64,000 nucleotides of DNA from Octopus vulgaris. Its lineage: Eukaryota. The stretch's first letter is position 1. Each line of letters opens with the position of its first letter. This document shows positions 1 through 12,864 of this stretch, piece by piece. Position numbers and translations under genes: made by a program. The stretch spans positions 61,814,001-61,878,000 of the forward strand of contig OX597825.1 of the NCBI GenBank assembly GCA_951406725.2, in the 5' to 3' direction. Under the pieces are notes generated by a model that searched no databases, had not been told where the DNA came from, and saw only the letters and a program-made list of their open reading frames with translations.

Positions 1-155
1 AAGAAATGATAGGTAGCAGAGAGAACAAGCAATACAGAGTGAGAGAGAGAGGGGGGAGAGCGAGGGAGTGGGAGGGAGGGAGAGGAAGAAAAGTTGGAGT
101 AGTCACAATGAGAGGAGAAAGACGTCTGTAAATGAACAATAATTGTAGGATGGAG

Positions 156-445
156 GGCAGTGAGCTGGCAGAATCGGTAGCACACCGGGCGAAATGCTTA
201 GCAGTATTTCGTCTACCGCTACGTTCTGAGTTCAAATTCCGCCGAGGTCGACTTTACCTTTCATCCTTTTGGGGTCGATAAATTAAGTACCAGTCACGCA
301 TTGGGTTCGATGTAATCGACTTAATCCCTGTGTCTGTCCTTGTTTGTCCCATCTATGTTTAGCCCCTTGTGGGCACAACTTAATCCCTGTGTCTGTCTTT
401 GTTTGTCCCCTCTATGTTTAGCCCCTTGTGGGCAATAAAGAAATA
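156..445 (+). mobile_element. tRNA-derived SINE, family A (about 230 bp), with the 3' tail duplicated
   Basis: Head GAGCTGGCAGAA...GAGTTCAAATTCC (A/B-box-like), core CCTTTCATCCTTTTGGGGTCGATAAATTAAGTACCAG, tail CCCCTTGTGGGCAATAAAGAAATA. The tail segment occurs twice (about 320-375 and 378-435). More than 10 copies in the window. Confidence 0.9.
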
Positions 446-779
446 ACAATAATAATAGGATTGTGTGTTGGTGTGTGTGTATGTGTGCTAGAAATCTGGT
501 TGTGAAAATTGAAGAAGGACATGAAGATACTTAAAAATAAATAATTAAACATCAAATAACTCTCATCAACCATATGTACTTCCTTTTTGTTCATAAGGTA
601 AATTTTAGTAATTTAGTATTTTATTATGCATTCAGTGTGCCCTAGCCTTCACTTTGTTATCTAAACTCATACCAGTGGCTTTTGTCAATTATTTTTCTCT
701 TACCTCATCTTAGTTTTAAAAAAGTACACACACACATACATACATGCATGCATGCTCACATACACACACATATATGAAG

Positions 780-1037
780 TATGGAACAAACGGCCGGTAT
801 CAGTTGTTAGTTGTCGGAGCACTGCATCCTTCAAAACTTCCATGCTTCCTGAGATTCACCAACACTACACCTGATTTTCTCCCCTCCATACACACGCAAG
901 CATGTATCTCTGACTCATACACTGTTCACTTTCCAGACATTTGTACATTACTGCATATGCTTTATAGGCACTTTTGACAAGTTGTGGTGCATCTGAGCAC
1001 TGTATACAATAATTTCATTATTATTATTATTATTATG

Positions 1038-1075
<38 letters not shown>
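780..1075 (+). mobile_element. Probable non-LTR retrotransposon 3' end with an (ATT)n tail
   Basis: Moderately GC-rich segment that runs directly into an (ATT)n tract at about 1016-1075. No ORF, so it cannot be classified. Confidence 0.4.
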
Positions 1076-1076
<1 letters not shown>

Positions 1077-1840
1077 CATGTGTTCACATGCAAGCATGAC
1101 TGTGTGGTTAAGAAGTTTCCCTCCCACCTATGTTGTCTTGAGTTCTGTTGTAGTCCGTAGCACCTTGGATAAGTATATTCTGTGATTGCTCCAAGAGCAA
1201 AAAATGTGGTAAAAAGAAGTGCTCTGTGTATTTACTATTCCGATGGGAGTGTAAAACTGCAACCACATCAATACTAATTCTTGAAATAATGAGCTGAAAA
1301 TTAACTGACACCCTATCTAAGTCAGGAACATTAAATTCTTGCTTCTTGATGATTTCTTATGGACCTATTGAGGTTGACAAAGGAGAAGGATTTCTACATT
1401 CAAAGCACCAAGTCAACTTTATCATCATGGGACACATCTTTCTCTTCTAAATGGTGACTGCAAACATCTGCAGTTGCAAATAATAGGCAATGAATAAAAT
1501 CAGAGAAGGCAACATTATAGCAACGTTCCAAAGGCTATAACACTGCAATTAATATGCAGCAAGCTTTAAAATTGCTCTTGGGAATATCAATGAAAGTGTT
1601 GTGAAAATTAGCATCTATCCAAATAATGTGCCCTTTAGAGAACATGATTGTCATTTTAAAGCTTCTGTCTGTAACAAGTTACCATTCTACTTGTTCAGCA
1701 GGAATTCCATGCAAGAGATATAATTCTGTGATTTCACCAGAATTTCAGAAGTACACTGTTACAAGAACAAGAAAGTTAGATACAAATTTAGTGCCTAAAG
1801 ATGTGATTATAAAAAAATATCACAAAATGATTTCTATACC

Positions 1841-2060
1841 TATTTCTTTACTAACCACAAGGGGCTAAACACAGAGAGGACAAACAAGAACAGACAAATG
1901 GATTAAGTCGATTATATCGACCCCAGTGCGTAACTGGTACTTATCTAATCAACCCCGAAAGGATGAAAGGCAAAGTCGACCTCCGGCGGAATTTGAACTC
2001 AGAACGAAATACCGCTAAGCATTTCGCCTGGCATGCTAACGTTTCTGCCAGCTCACCGCC
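1841..2060 (-). mobile_element. SINE family A
   Basis: Full reverse-complement match to family A. Confidence 0.9.
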
Positions 2061-2439
2061 TTATAACCTATAGGTTATGGATCAGTTGACACAAAATCTA
2101 CCACTTGACTTTCACCAAATCTTTTATTTGATCATAAATCAATGCGTATACAAAGATCAAGCCTGAACATCTTGCCTTCATCAAACTAAATCTGTCTATG
2201 CTAAGAGTTCAAAAAATATATTCAGACAAGAAATGTCTTCAACGGTGATAAAGAAAATCTAACAAAAGTCAAACTGCCATCTTGCAATCATTTTTTACTG
2301 GTTGACCAATATTCATATGTAAATACATTGTGGATCCTATTACTTATGCCAGAATATCTGGTCATCTTGATTGGCTCATTGCATTCACATTCTATCCAAA
2401 ATGAACTGAAACAGAAGCTGAAATATTTACTTACAACAA

Positions 2440-2646
2440 CAACATCGGTGGCACATAAAAAGCACCTACTACACACTCTTGGAGTGGTTGGCATTAGGAA
2501 GGGCATCCAGCTGTAGAAACTCTGCCTGATCAAGATTGGAGCCTGGTGCAGCCATCTGGTTTGCCAGCCCTCAGTCAAAATCGTCCAACCCATGCTAGCA
2601 TGGAAAACGGACGTTAAACGATGATGATGATGATGATGATGATGAA
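2440..2646 (+). mobile_element. RTE-type LINE 3' UTR fragment with (GAT)n tail
   Basis: GGAGTGGTTGGCATTAGGAAGGGCATCCAGCTGTAGAAAC...CCATGCTAGCATGGAAAACGGACGTTAAAC(GAT)n. The same tail follows RT-coding remnants at 7510-8530 and 36975-38010. Confidence 0.85.
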
Positions 2647-2775
2647 CATCAACATTGACAATTGACGAAGGTGATGTTGTTGCATTGCTCCAATGGGTCT
2701 CCCTGAAAAGGTGTTTGAAATGGAAGAACTATGGCTGAAAAGGGGTTGCTTTGTGTGTCTTGTAAAATAGCAGGA

Positions 2776-3027
2776 ATATATTCTTCTCCTTGTACACCTG
2801 TTGCTTTCGTTGGAAGAGTTGAAAAAACAGGTAAAAACCTTGTTTTTTCTTTCCCTTGATGGGATTGTGAGAAAACATATTTTTCATGGCCCATGTTGAC
2901 ATATAATCCTTCTCCTTGTACACCTGTTGCTTTGGCTGGAAGAGTTGAAAAAGCAGGTAAAAGCCTTGTTTTTTTCCCCCCTTGATGGGATTGTAAGGAA
3001 GCATATTTTTCATGGCCCATGTTGACA
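2776..3027. repeat. Tandem duplication, 2 x 126 bp
   Basis: CTTCTCCTTGTACACCTGTTGCTTT...CATGGCCCATGTTGACA starts at 2783 and again at 2909. Confidence 0.92.
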
Positions 3028-4050
3028 ACTGAACAGAAAATCTCTGTTTATGAAACATACCAAATATATAAAGAGGTATTTCTGCTTCCTTTCCTGATTG
3101 AACTTTAAACTGATCGCAATGGATAACCAGTGTACAAAACAAAGAAATCAGGTAAAGATAAATTCATAACCACAATCAAACTATGAAATACTATTATTAA
3201 AAGAAACAATTCATGGATAATTCTAAATCCATCTCTGCTTTCATCAATATTTAAAGCATATATTAACATTAAATTTTGAAGTTCAATAAAATCTGTCACC
3301 TAGATCTCCAACTGCAAGAACAAAGGAAATGACCAAGTTATTTTCAGTTCTTTGATTTTTAATTTGCTTTTCCATTAATTTTGTTCTAAGACTATGTTTT
3401 GAAGCCGACATTGTTGTATTTGGGAAGATCCATTATTGATAAACTCTATAAACAGATTTTCTAACTGTATTTGTCTCTATTTTAGTTCTCTTTGTATATC
3501 AAAATCTTTGATGATTATTTAGGTCCCCCAAAATGCAGATTTAACATCGGAATAAAAAAATGACAGTTATAAACTGCAAGCTAAGCATCAGCTACAGATT
3601 GGAGTTGTGAAAAATATTTTGGGGTGCATACACAAATATCAACAGTTTTGAAAAGAAAGGGAAGGGAAATATAAATGAACAAAAAATGGTGAGTTTATTT
3701 ATAGGCTTTATCAGTTCTGACTCTTCCCAAATAAAGCAAATTTTTAAGTCTAAGTTTCAAATTCCAACCATCTTGATGAATTTATGAACACCAGATTAGC
3801 AGATACTCAGTCATTTACGGAGCATTGCAGAGAATTCTGCGATTCCTTGATTGGAAAAATATTTTCCCACCATCCTCAAAACCACCCAAATATGATGCCC
3901 TTAGATGTTTATCATAAAAATGATGAAAGAATTTATTTTATTGGGAAAAATACCCACAACTGCATCCAATGGAGATCTAAGTCAAAGATCACTACATTCT
4001 TTCAAATATTTCAAACTGAAGAATCTGTGAAAATTTTTCTTTCTATCAAT

Positions 4051-4170
4051 GCTTACAGCCATATCACATTGAAAGCACTGGTTCTCATCCGATCACCAAA
4101 GTTAAGCAATGTTGAACCTAGTTAGTACTTAGATGGGTGACCGCTTGGGAAACCTAAGTGCTGTAAGTTT
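4051..4170 (+). pseudogene. Full-length diverged 5S rRNA copy (pseudogene or SINE head)
   Basis: 120-nt sequence with 5S layout: GCTTACAGCCATATCACATTGAAAGCAC...GATCACC, box A-like AAGTTAAGCAA, box C-like TAGTACTTAGATGGGTGACCGC. The terminal helix GCTTACAGC/GCTGTAAGT still pairs. Many CpG-type substitutions relative to a typical metazoan 5S. Confidence 0.9.
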
Positions 4171-4179
4171 CATTTTTAA

Positions 4180-4300
4180 GGGCCGATAAAATAAGTACTA
4201 GGCTTACAAAAAATAAGACCTAGGGTCGATTTGCTCTACTAAAGGTGGTGCTCCAGCATGGCCACAGTCCCATGACTGAAACAAGTAAAAGAGTAAAAGA
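4180..4300 (+). mobile_element. 3' tail of SINE family B joined to the 5S copy
   Basis: CCGATAAAATAAGTACTAGGCTTACAAA...GGTGCTCCAGCATGGCCACAG...ACTGAAACAAGTAAAAGAGTAAAAGA. Confidence 0.9.
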
Positions 4301-4877
4301 GAATCTACAATCTTTCAAAATATAGTTGGGGAAATAAAAAAACCTGTCCCCAAAGATGCAAGCAAATTCATCAGCTTTTGGGTATATGACTATTTCAATG
4401 AATGATGGTTTTAGATGTGTTTAGCTGATTCACTTAAGCAATACCAAAATGCTTTTATATGCACCTAATGCTACATCATGTCAAAGTTCAAATAGATCTT
4501 GGTGTAATTCCTTCAGAGTATCATACCATCACACTGGGTCCCTGGTAGGCGAGAATTACTATAATTAGATATCAAAATATGCCAGAACTTCTCAGTTCCC
4601 ATAAAGGTTTTGCCATTTGCTCACCATTCTTATAAAGACCATTGAATCCAATAAACCTGTGTAAAAAGTACAGATATAAATGAAAATGTGAGGAAAATCA
4701 CAACTGAATTAGTGACGGTGGTGTGTTTTATGAACTAGGGATATGCTAAGGCCCATATGACTGAAGTTAGGTAGGAAAGGGTTTAGATGCTAAAAGCTCC
4801 TCATCCCCACGAACTAAAAAGTAGGGGAGCTCCAACCCTGCATAACTTTTTATTTTTATTATGGATCAGAAGACATT

Positions 4878-5309
4878 TGTAACAGGATAAGAGGTCCCCG
4901 CACTGGATGGGTGCTGCTCGCATCCTTTACATTAAAATATTAATTGAAGGAAAGAGTCAAGACTTCCTATTAACTTCAACAGTATAAATATTTATTTCTT
5001 GATTCGCAATATATACATTCTTCTTTCAGGGCGAATCGGCAGCCTAGGAGCTCATCACAGTAGTCAAGTGGAGTGAGCCAAATCCTGTCCGTTCAAGCAT
5101 AGCGGAGAAATGCCATGAGGTAGCAGCTTGAGAGAGCTGCTAAAACATGACTGTCCTGTTTGGCTGCCAGCATTCGAGAGGATGATATGAGGGAAATTTC
5201 GCTGCTGCTAGTTTTCTGTGGATGCGCATGAGGGAACTTCTGGCAGGCCTCCCGGAAGAATCCGACTCTGCGCATGCATGCTGGAGATTTCTAAGATGGC
5301 ATCACTATA
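4878..5309 (-). mobile_element. Solo LTR (about 432 bp), possibly Gypsy-type
   Basis: GC/CpG-rich island. On the minus strand it reads TATAGTG...GTTACA (TG...CA with one substitution). Flanked by a 4-bp direct repeat CATT (4874-4877 and 5310-5313). Contains a TATA-like TATATATT and an AATAAA on the minus strand. Confidence 0.65.
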
Positions 5310-5437
5310 CATTTTATATCAGACAAAAATCAACTTGGCTAACTTTCCACTGGATATCTTCAATGATATATTCAAATTTGTTCTTTGGTAAGTGAAAGAT
5401 CCAATAAAGTTAATGTGTGTGTGTGTGTATGCATGAT

Positions 5438-5468
<31 letters not shown>

Positions 5469-6081
5469 GTGCGTGCGTACGTGTGTGTGTGTGTGCATGT
5501 GTGCGTGTGCACATGTAAAGACTGTTTAAGGTTTTTTGCATACACATATCTTTAAATTATCTTTCCAGGCAGAACATCAAAAGTCAATGTGTAGTGAGAT
5601 CTTCAGAGAAACATTATATAACATTGTTCAGAGAGAGAGAAGAAACTTAACCAAAATTCATGGATGTTCAAAGAAATGCCTATAACAAAGTGGATTGATT
5701 AATCTTTGTAAATAAACCAGGAATTCTTCATTAGAAGCATCCAGAGAATCTGGCAAATCACTTCTTAACAATTTTGATATTAGTCAAAATCAGAAGTTAT
5801 CAGAAAATTTCCCTTAATGCAGCCTTTTTGGGCTTAGCTGAAATACTTGTGACAGGTGGACGAACTTTATCTTTCTTTTAAGTCTAACATCTAAAAATAC
5901 ATTTGTCAGCAGCACTATCAAAGATTGAAATATGGATATTGTCAAATGTTGTCAGCAGACTGTGTGAGATTAATGCAAATCCATAAAACATTGGTTTGAA
6001 CACTGATAGATGCAAGAATATAATATCATTTATGGCATACCACTGCTGCTTAAAGGTATTCATGTATTTCTGTCAAATTCT

Positions 6082-6288
6082 TATTTCTTTATTGCCCACA
6101 AGGGGCTAAACACAGAGGGGGACAAACAAAGACAGACAAAGGGATTAAGTCGATTACATCAACCCCAGTGCGTAACTGGTACTTAATTTATCGACCCCGA
6201 AAGGATGAAAGGCAAAGTTGACCTTGGCAGAATTTGAACTCAGAACGTATTCGCCTGGCTTGCTAACGTTTCTGCTGGCTCGCTGCCT
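6082..6288 (-). mobile_element. SINE family A with 15-bp TSD
   Basis: Family A match; flanks TTTCTGTCAAATTCT / TTTCTGTCATATTCT. Confidence 0.9.
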
Positions 6289-6719
6289 TTTCTGTCATAT
6301 TCTGTTGGTCATTCCTAAGGGCACACAACAGATGAGCTTAATGTCTGCTTCTAAGATTTATATTTTTTATACCGTGTCAAAAAATTGAAACCTGTCACTA
6401 AAAATTAAGGTCGTCTTAAAATAAAGAAAAACCAGATCAGTTGGCAAATGTGAACAGCTGTCAAATCCCAGCTAATAATGATGGCCTAATACAAATGCAA
6501 CATCAATAAGAAAATCAAACTGGAATGAGCTAGCATCAAAATCACACTCAAAAATCCATAGCTACTTCAATGACAATGATGATGATGATGATGCTAGTGG
6601 TGGTGGGGGTGGGGGTGATGAGTGTATTGATGACAAAAAATTCAAAAAGGAAAGGGCATACATTTAAAAAAAATTTACATAAGGAAAACTACAATCATGA
6701 ATAAATAACATATATGCAC

Positions 6720-6882
6720 ATAATAATAATCCTTAAACAATCTTTATTCAGGGACCTTTTGAGTGGGTTGGGCTACTCAACGTAAAGAAAATTCTAACTG
6801 GGCCCCACCTGCAAGGTCATGTGCTGCTTATCTTGATATGAGATCACCGGGTCATGCACAAATGGTTGTGATGCATGTGCCT
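6720..6882 (+). mobile_element. Fragment of the (TAA)n-associated non-LTR 3' UTR also at 48329-49486
   Basis: Starts after TAATAATAAT and matches about 49217-49369. Confidence 0.8.
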
Positions 6883-7509
6883 CTGGGGGCTGTTTGATTA
6901 GATTGAGCCAGTATGCAACTGGTACTTAATTTATTGACCCCAAAAGGATGAAAGTTTTACATATAATGAAATGATAATAAAAAGTGAAAGTAAGTATACA
7001 CTGATAAAGAAGGGACATATAGCATGCAAAGGTTTAAAAGAAAAAGAAATAATACAAATTTTGAGATTAATACTTGAATATTGAATGTCTCCCAAGATAA
7101 TTAACAACCAGTATCAAAGTTTATAATGTGTGGAAAGAGACCCTGTGAAATCTCTGATAGCAGGCTGCTCTCCACAGTCACAGAAGCTACCAGAGCAAAC
7201 AAGATTGAGTGCTCTGAGCAGTAAAACTATAATACAAAGAAGTGAAATCAAGTCAGTGCATGTGGTTTTGTTGCCAAAATGGCTTATCTGTCACACATGA
7301 AGGCCTGTTTCAGTACATGATTTCATATCAACTATCTTGCAAAAAGCTTACAAAAATTAATACATACATGTATACATGCATACACATTCACACACATTCA
7401 CACACATGTATGTATGCGTGCATCTATCTATCTTTCTTTCTATTTCTCCCCCCCCCCTCTCTCTATATATATGTAAATAAATTATATATATATGTATATA
7501 TATATATAG

Positions 7510-8530
7510 TACCCAATGTAAGCTATGGACACATAAGAGGTGCAGCAATATCAAGGAAAATCTAACCAGGATGATAGTTTTTGTGTGCAGCAGGTGCACA
7601 GAGACAATAAATATCAAAGATGTTCAGAAAACAGATTCCATCACATGCCAGGGGGAGAAAGTCGAAGTAGTTGATAGCTTCCACTAACTAGGTGACCAAG
7701 ACTGTAGTGGGGGTGGATGCTCTGAGAGCAAAGCTACTAGAATATGAATAGCCTGGGCAAAGTTAAGAAAGCTCCTACCTCTGCTGGCAACAAAAGGCTT
7801 CTTGTTCAATGTGAAAGGTTGACTGTATGAAGAAGTGTCACTCCCTAACAGTGGAAGGAACCCGTGGTAGAGGAAGGCCTAGGAAGACATGGAATGAGGT
7901 GGTGAAGCACAACATTTCAATGTCGGGCCTCACATAAGCAATGACAAGAGACCGTGACCTTTGGAGATATTCTGTGATTGAGAAGACCCAGCAAGTAAAG
8001 TGAGATCACAGCCGTAGCCTATACCAGTGTTGCATAACCAGTCCATTTAAAAGTACCCCTGACTCATTGAGTGATACACTGTGCTTGAGAAGACCCATTG
8101 AGTCAAGTAAAATCAAAAATCAAAAACGAAAATCAAAACCAAATTAAGATCGAAATCAAAATGGAAATTGTAGTTATGGCTGATGCCAGTGCCACCTGAC
8201 AGGCTCCCCATGCTGGAGGCAAGTAAAATGCACCATCAGAACGTGGTCAATGCCAGTCTCCACCACAAACTAGCTCCTGTGCCAGTGGCACATAAAAAGC
8301 ACTATCCGAATGTGGTTGATGCCAGTGCTGCCTGACTGGCTCCCATGCCGGTGGCACATAAAAAACACCCACTACACTCTTGTAATAGTTGCTGTTAGGA
8401 AGTGCATCTAGCTATAGAAACCTTGCCAGATCAGATTGGAGGTTGGAGAAGCCTACTGGCTTGTCAATCCTCAGTCAAACCGTCCAACATAGAAAATGGA
8501 TGTTAAGTGATGATGATAATGATGATGATG
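7510..8530 (+). mobile_element. Decayed 5'-truncated RTE-clade LINE (RT C-terminus plus 3' UTR)
   Basis: Translation GEKVEVVDSFH*LGDQDCSGGGCSESKATRI*IAWAKLRKLLPLLATKGF, later GRGRPRKTWNEVVKH. The 3' UTR has internal repeats of about 65 bp and a (GAT)n tail. Confidence 0.88.
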
Positions 8531-8616
8531 ATATATATGCGTGCATACTCCCATATGTATGTATATGTATTTATGAATGCACATACACTCGAATACATGC
8601 ATATGCACAGACATAC

Positions 8617-8652
<36 letters not shown>

Positions 8653-9409
8653 GGTTTGGAGATGATGTACAGGTATTTTATATTAGAAGAAATGAGGTAC
8701 TCAGAAATTCGGATGGTTTTATATTTACAGATACTTATTTGTATATTACATGTTTTTATGCATCATATAACTTATATCATATATTATATATTATATATAT
8801 ATATAAATATTATATATTACATATATATATATATATATATATACATATATAAATACATATGAATGCACACACATATATACATGCAAATGTATCATACACA
8901 CACACACACATATATATTTATACATGTGCGTATGTATATTAAAAAAGTGGTTATTTGAATTGAAATTCTATCCTTGATTTCAACTAAAGTCATCACGGAC
9001 ATCCTTATAAAATCGGAAGCCTTCATCATAAATGACTACTTCATAGAACATAACTTTACTAATTTCTTGTAGTTTTGTTATAAATGACAACTTTGTCATT
9101 GGAAATGGACTTGCCTGTAAAAAGGGCAAAACCAGACTATTAACAGTTTATAATAAATGTCAAATTTTCTGAGCAAAGTGGATTCACTTTTACAGTTCAA
9201 ATAAAATCATTAAATCTGCATTTAATGAAATTTTTTTTTATATATATTTGTTTATTTATTATTAGTTATATTTATATTTTTCTCTGCTTATTCATTTTTT
9301 TTTTTTTTTTGGTAAGTAGTTATTAATGCAGAATTGATTTTTATAACATCACTGGTAAAATTCTTGAGAGGTAGGGAAAAATCAGACAAACTACTCAAGA
9401 ATAAAGTTT

Positions 9410-9486
9410 GGAGAGAGAGAGAGAGAGAAAGACAGAGAGACAAAGAAAGAGAGAGAGAGGAGCAGAAAGTAGAGTGAAGGAGAAAG

Positions 9487-9540
<54 letters not shown>

Positions 9541-10113
9541 TGTGTGTGTGTGTGAGGATTATTCACTACCCTAATAATGTCTCTTCATTGCTTGTCACCA
9601 TTTGCCAAAATCTGATAAAGAACATATATATATATTAAATAACAACAAATATGATTATTGATGATTTTGTTCCAGCAAACATACATATATTTGCACACAC
9701 ACAGATACACACAAACACACACACATGCATGCATGCACGTACATGCCCACTTGTACACTCACACATGCAAACAAAAACTAACATACATTCACAAGTACTC
9801 ATAAACACATATATAGTTCTCTATATAGGCATGTGTGCATATAAATAAATATATACATACAAACATATATATATATATACATACACACACACATATATAC
9901 ATACACACACACCCATATACATATATAAATATACACCCATATACAAAATGCATATCCAAATGTATCTGTTGCACCAAATTTTTTCAACTTATATATATAT
10001 ATATATTTATATATACATATGCATATCTATCTATAGATAGATATAGATATAAATATCATAAATATATGTATACACACACACACACACATACAGATATATG
10101 TATATATATATAT

Positions 10114-10170
<57 letters not shown>

Positions 10171-10867
10171 CTCAAATGCGTACACACTCAGGATGATAGC
10201 AGTACAGAGGAAAAAAATAATTACATTGACTGTTTAAAAGATCTATTTGAGAATTGATTGGTATAGGTCAATTCTTTTATAAAAGGCAAAGTGTGGCATT
10301 TCTTTGGAACTATTAGAATAAATGTCTTTGAGAAAATACATTAAAAATATAGAACCAAGATGTCTAAACCTTAAGTGCTTCTAGTCTTAGTTTATATTCC
10401 AGGTTACCAAAAAAGAATAAGATGAATATTGATTCTAGAATTATGGTTACTTGGCAGCTCTGTGTAAGTCAAGTTAGAAGGCATTACTTCCTTGAAGTTC
10501 TATCTTGAATTGAAAGTAATATTAATATCATTTTATGTTTATGGAAGATGAGTGTGGAATATTAATTCTGGTGCTTCTTAAAAAGCCTCGGAACTAATCG
10601 ATATGTTAGTATTAGGCCAACAAAAGCAAAATATCTTTCTCACCACTTGGATTAAAAATAAAAAGAAAAAAGTGTATGCATGAATTTATTTATCTAACTG
10701 TATACATGCATACACATGTACACACACACATGTAAACAAACAAATAAATACATATGCACCCACATATATACATATATAAATATTTATACATACACACATA
10801 CAAATATATACACATATCTATATACACATACATATATATATATTTCTATGCATATATATATACATAA

Positions 10868-10904
<37 letters not shown>

Positions 10905-11107
10905 CATATATACATATATATGTATATATATTTATATACATATTTACAAATGATATCTATAAATATATATACACATACACACACATATTTATATGTATAT
11001 ATATTTATATATATACATATACCTATATACATATATATGTATATATATTTATATACATATTTACATATGCATATCTATAAATATATATACACATACACAC
11101 ACATATG

Positions 11108-11149
<42 letters not shown>

Positions 11150-11240
11150 TCCATACATATATATGTGTGTATGTGCATGTACATATATATGTAAGTGTAT
11201 TCATGTATGTATGTATGTATGTATATATACGTATATATGT
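9410..11240. repeat. Compound microsatellite and low-complexity tracts (GA)n, (TA)n, (CA)n, (TATG)n
   Basis: Directly visible; source of the YIYI/HTHT pseudo-ORFs. Confidence 0.95.
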
Positions 11241-11546
11241 TAATTTTCTAAGTGAATATGTACACTGATTATCCCTTTCTGCATGATGTTGAATAATTTC
11301 TGTTCAAATTTCTACGATTATTTGCAGAATGTAGCAAATTCATACACCACAAAACACATGTCACACACACAGACACAGACACTATTGGGCTACTTATTGT
11401 GATTTTGTATTCATGTTCTATAGTAATTCTTTAGTAGTGCTATGGGCAAAACATACCTCTAGAGAACAAGTATGAACTTCAACATTTTCCTTCATCATTT
11501 CTCACTCTCACAATCTCATACTTTCTGTTTCTATAATCTCTCTGTA

Positions 11547-11578
<32 letters not shown>

Positions 11579-11780
11579 CAAGCATACACATGCCCATACT
11601 TATCAGAAATGTATTTTACATGCTTGTAATATCTTGAGCAGCTGACATGAATATTTGTCTATTTTTAATGGTTGAACAATACAATATGTCTTCATCATTA
11701 TCTTGACCACACAAGCTTATCTGCCCATATATGTGCACGCGTGTGCATGTGTGCATGTGAGTGCATATATATATGTATAT

Positions 11781-12438
<658 letters not shown>

Positions 12439-12864
12439 TATATATATATATATATATATAGTAATATGTAAAGGTAAAATCCAAGAATCAAGCTTCAAGC
12501 AGTTCGTAGAAAGTATAAAATACAACTTCTGAGAATACAATTGGTTTATTGACGTAGAAGCTTTAAAATTTTTCCCATATTGAAGTTCGATGAGCTGAAA
12601 AATGTTATTTTATAGTTAACAGTTAGCAACTGGGGTCACTGTGTATGCAAAGAAAAATCCAAATTTAGGGAATGGAGAAGATAAAATCCAGTCTATATGT
12701 GTTCCCTAGCTGGCAGATCCTCTGATGTAATAATTACTCAATGAGGGGTACTCTGCTAGCTACTCACCAGGCCAAATATACCTTAGTGTTACATGAAGGA
12801 TAGGATCCCCCTCAAGGGATCCTATTTTAACTTGCAGAAGATTAGATTGAAAATTTGTATACAT

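Noticed and set aside
4051-4170. Functional 5S rRNA gene
   Set aside because: Single dispersed copy with many substitutions, including in the box C region, and fused to a SINE tail.
4625-4656. 32-nt minus-strand micro-exon with good splice sites (similar weak candidates at 5323-5387 plus and near 21967-22000 minus)
   Set aside because: Splice-like motifs are frequent in AT-rich DNA, the peptides are unrecognisable, and they cannot be chained into a consistent gene.
8389-11268. Long ORFs rich in Y/I/H/T/C/V (also at 23234-25331 and 40808-41131)
   Set aside because: They are translations of (TA)n/(CA)n/(TG)n microsatellites, which lack stop codons by construction.
12800-12825. Perfect 10-bp hairpin ATAGGATCCC/GGGATCCTAT as stem II of a third hammerhead
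   Set aside because: The upstream box reads CATGAAGG rather than CTGANGA, GAAA is not adjacent, and no stem I is found.
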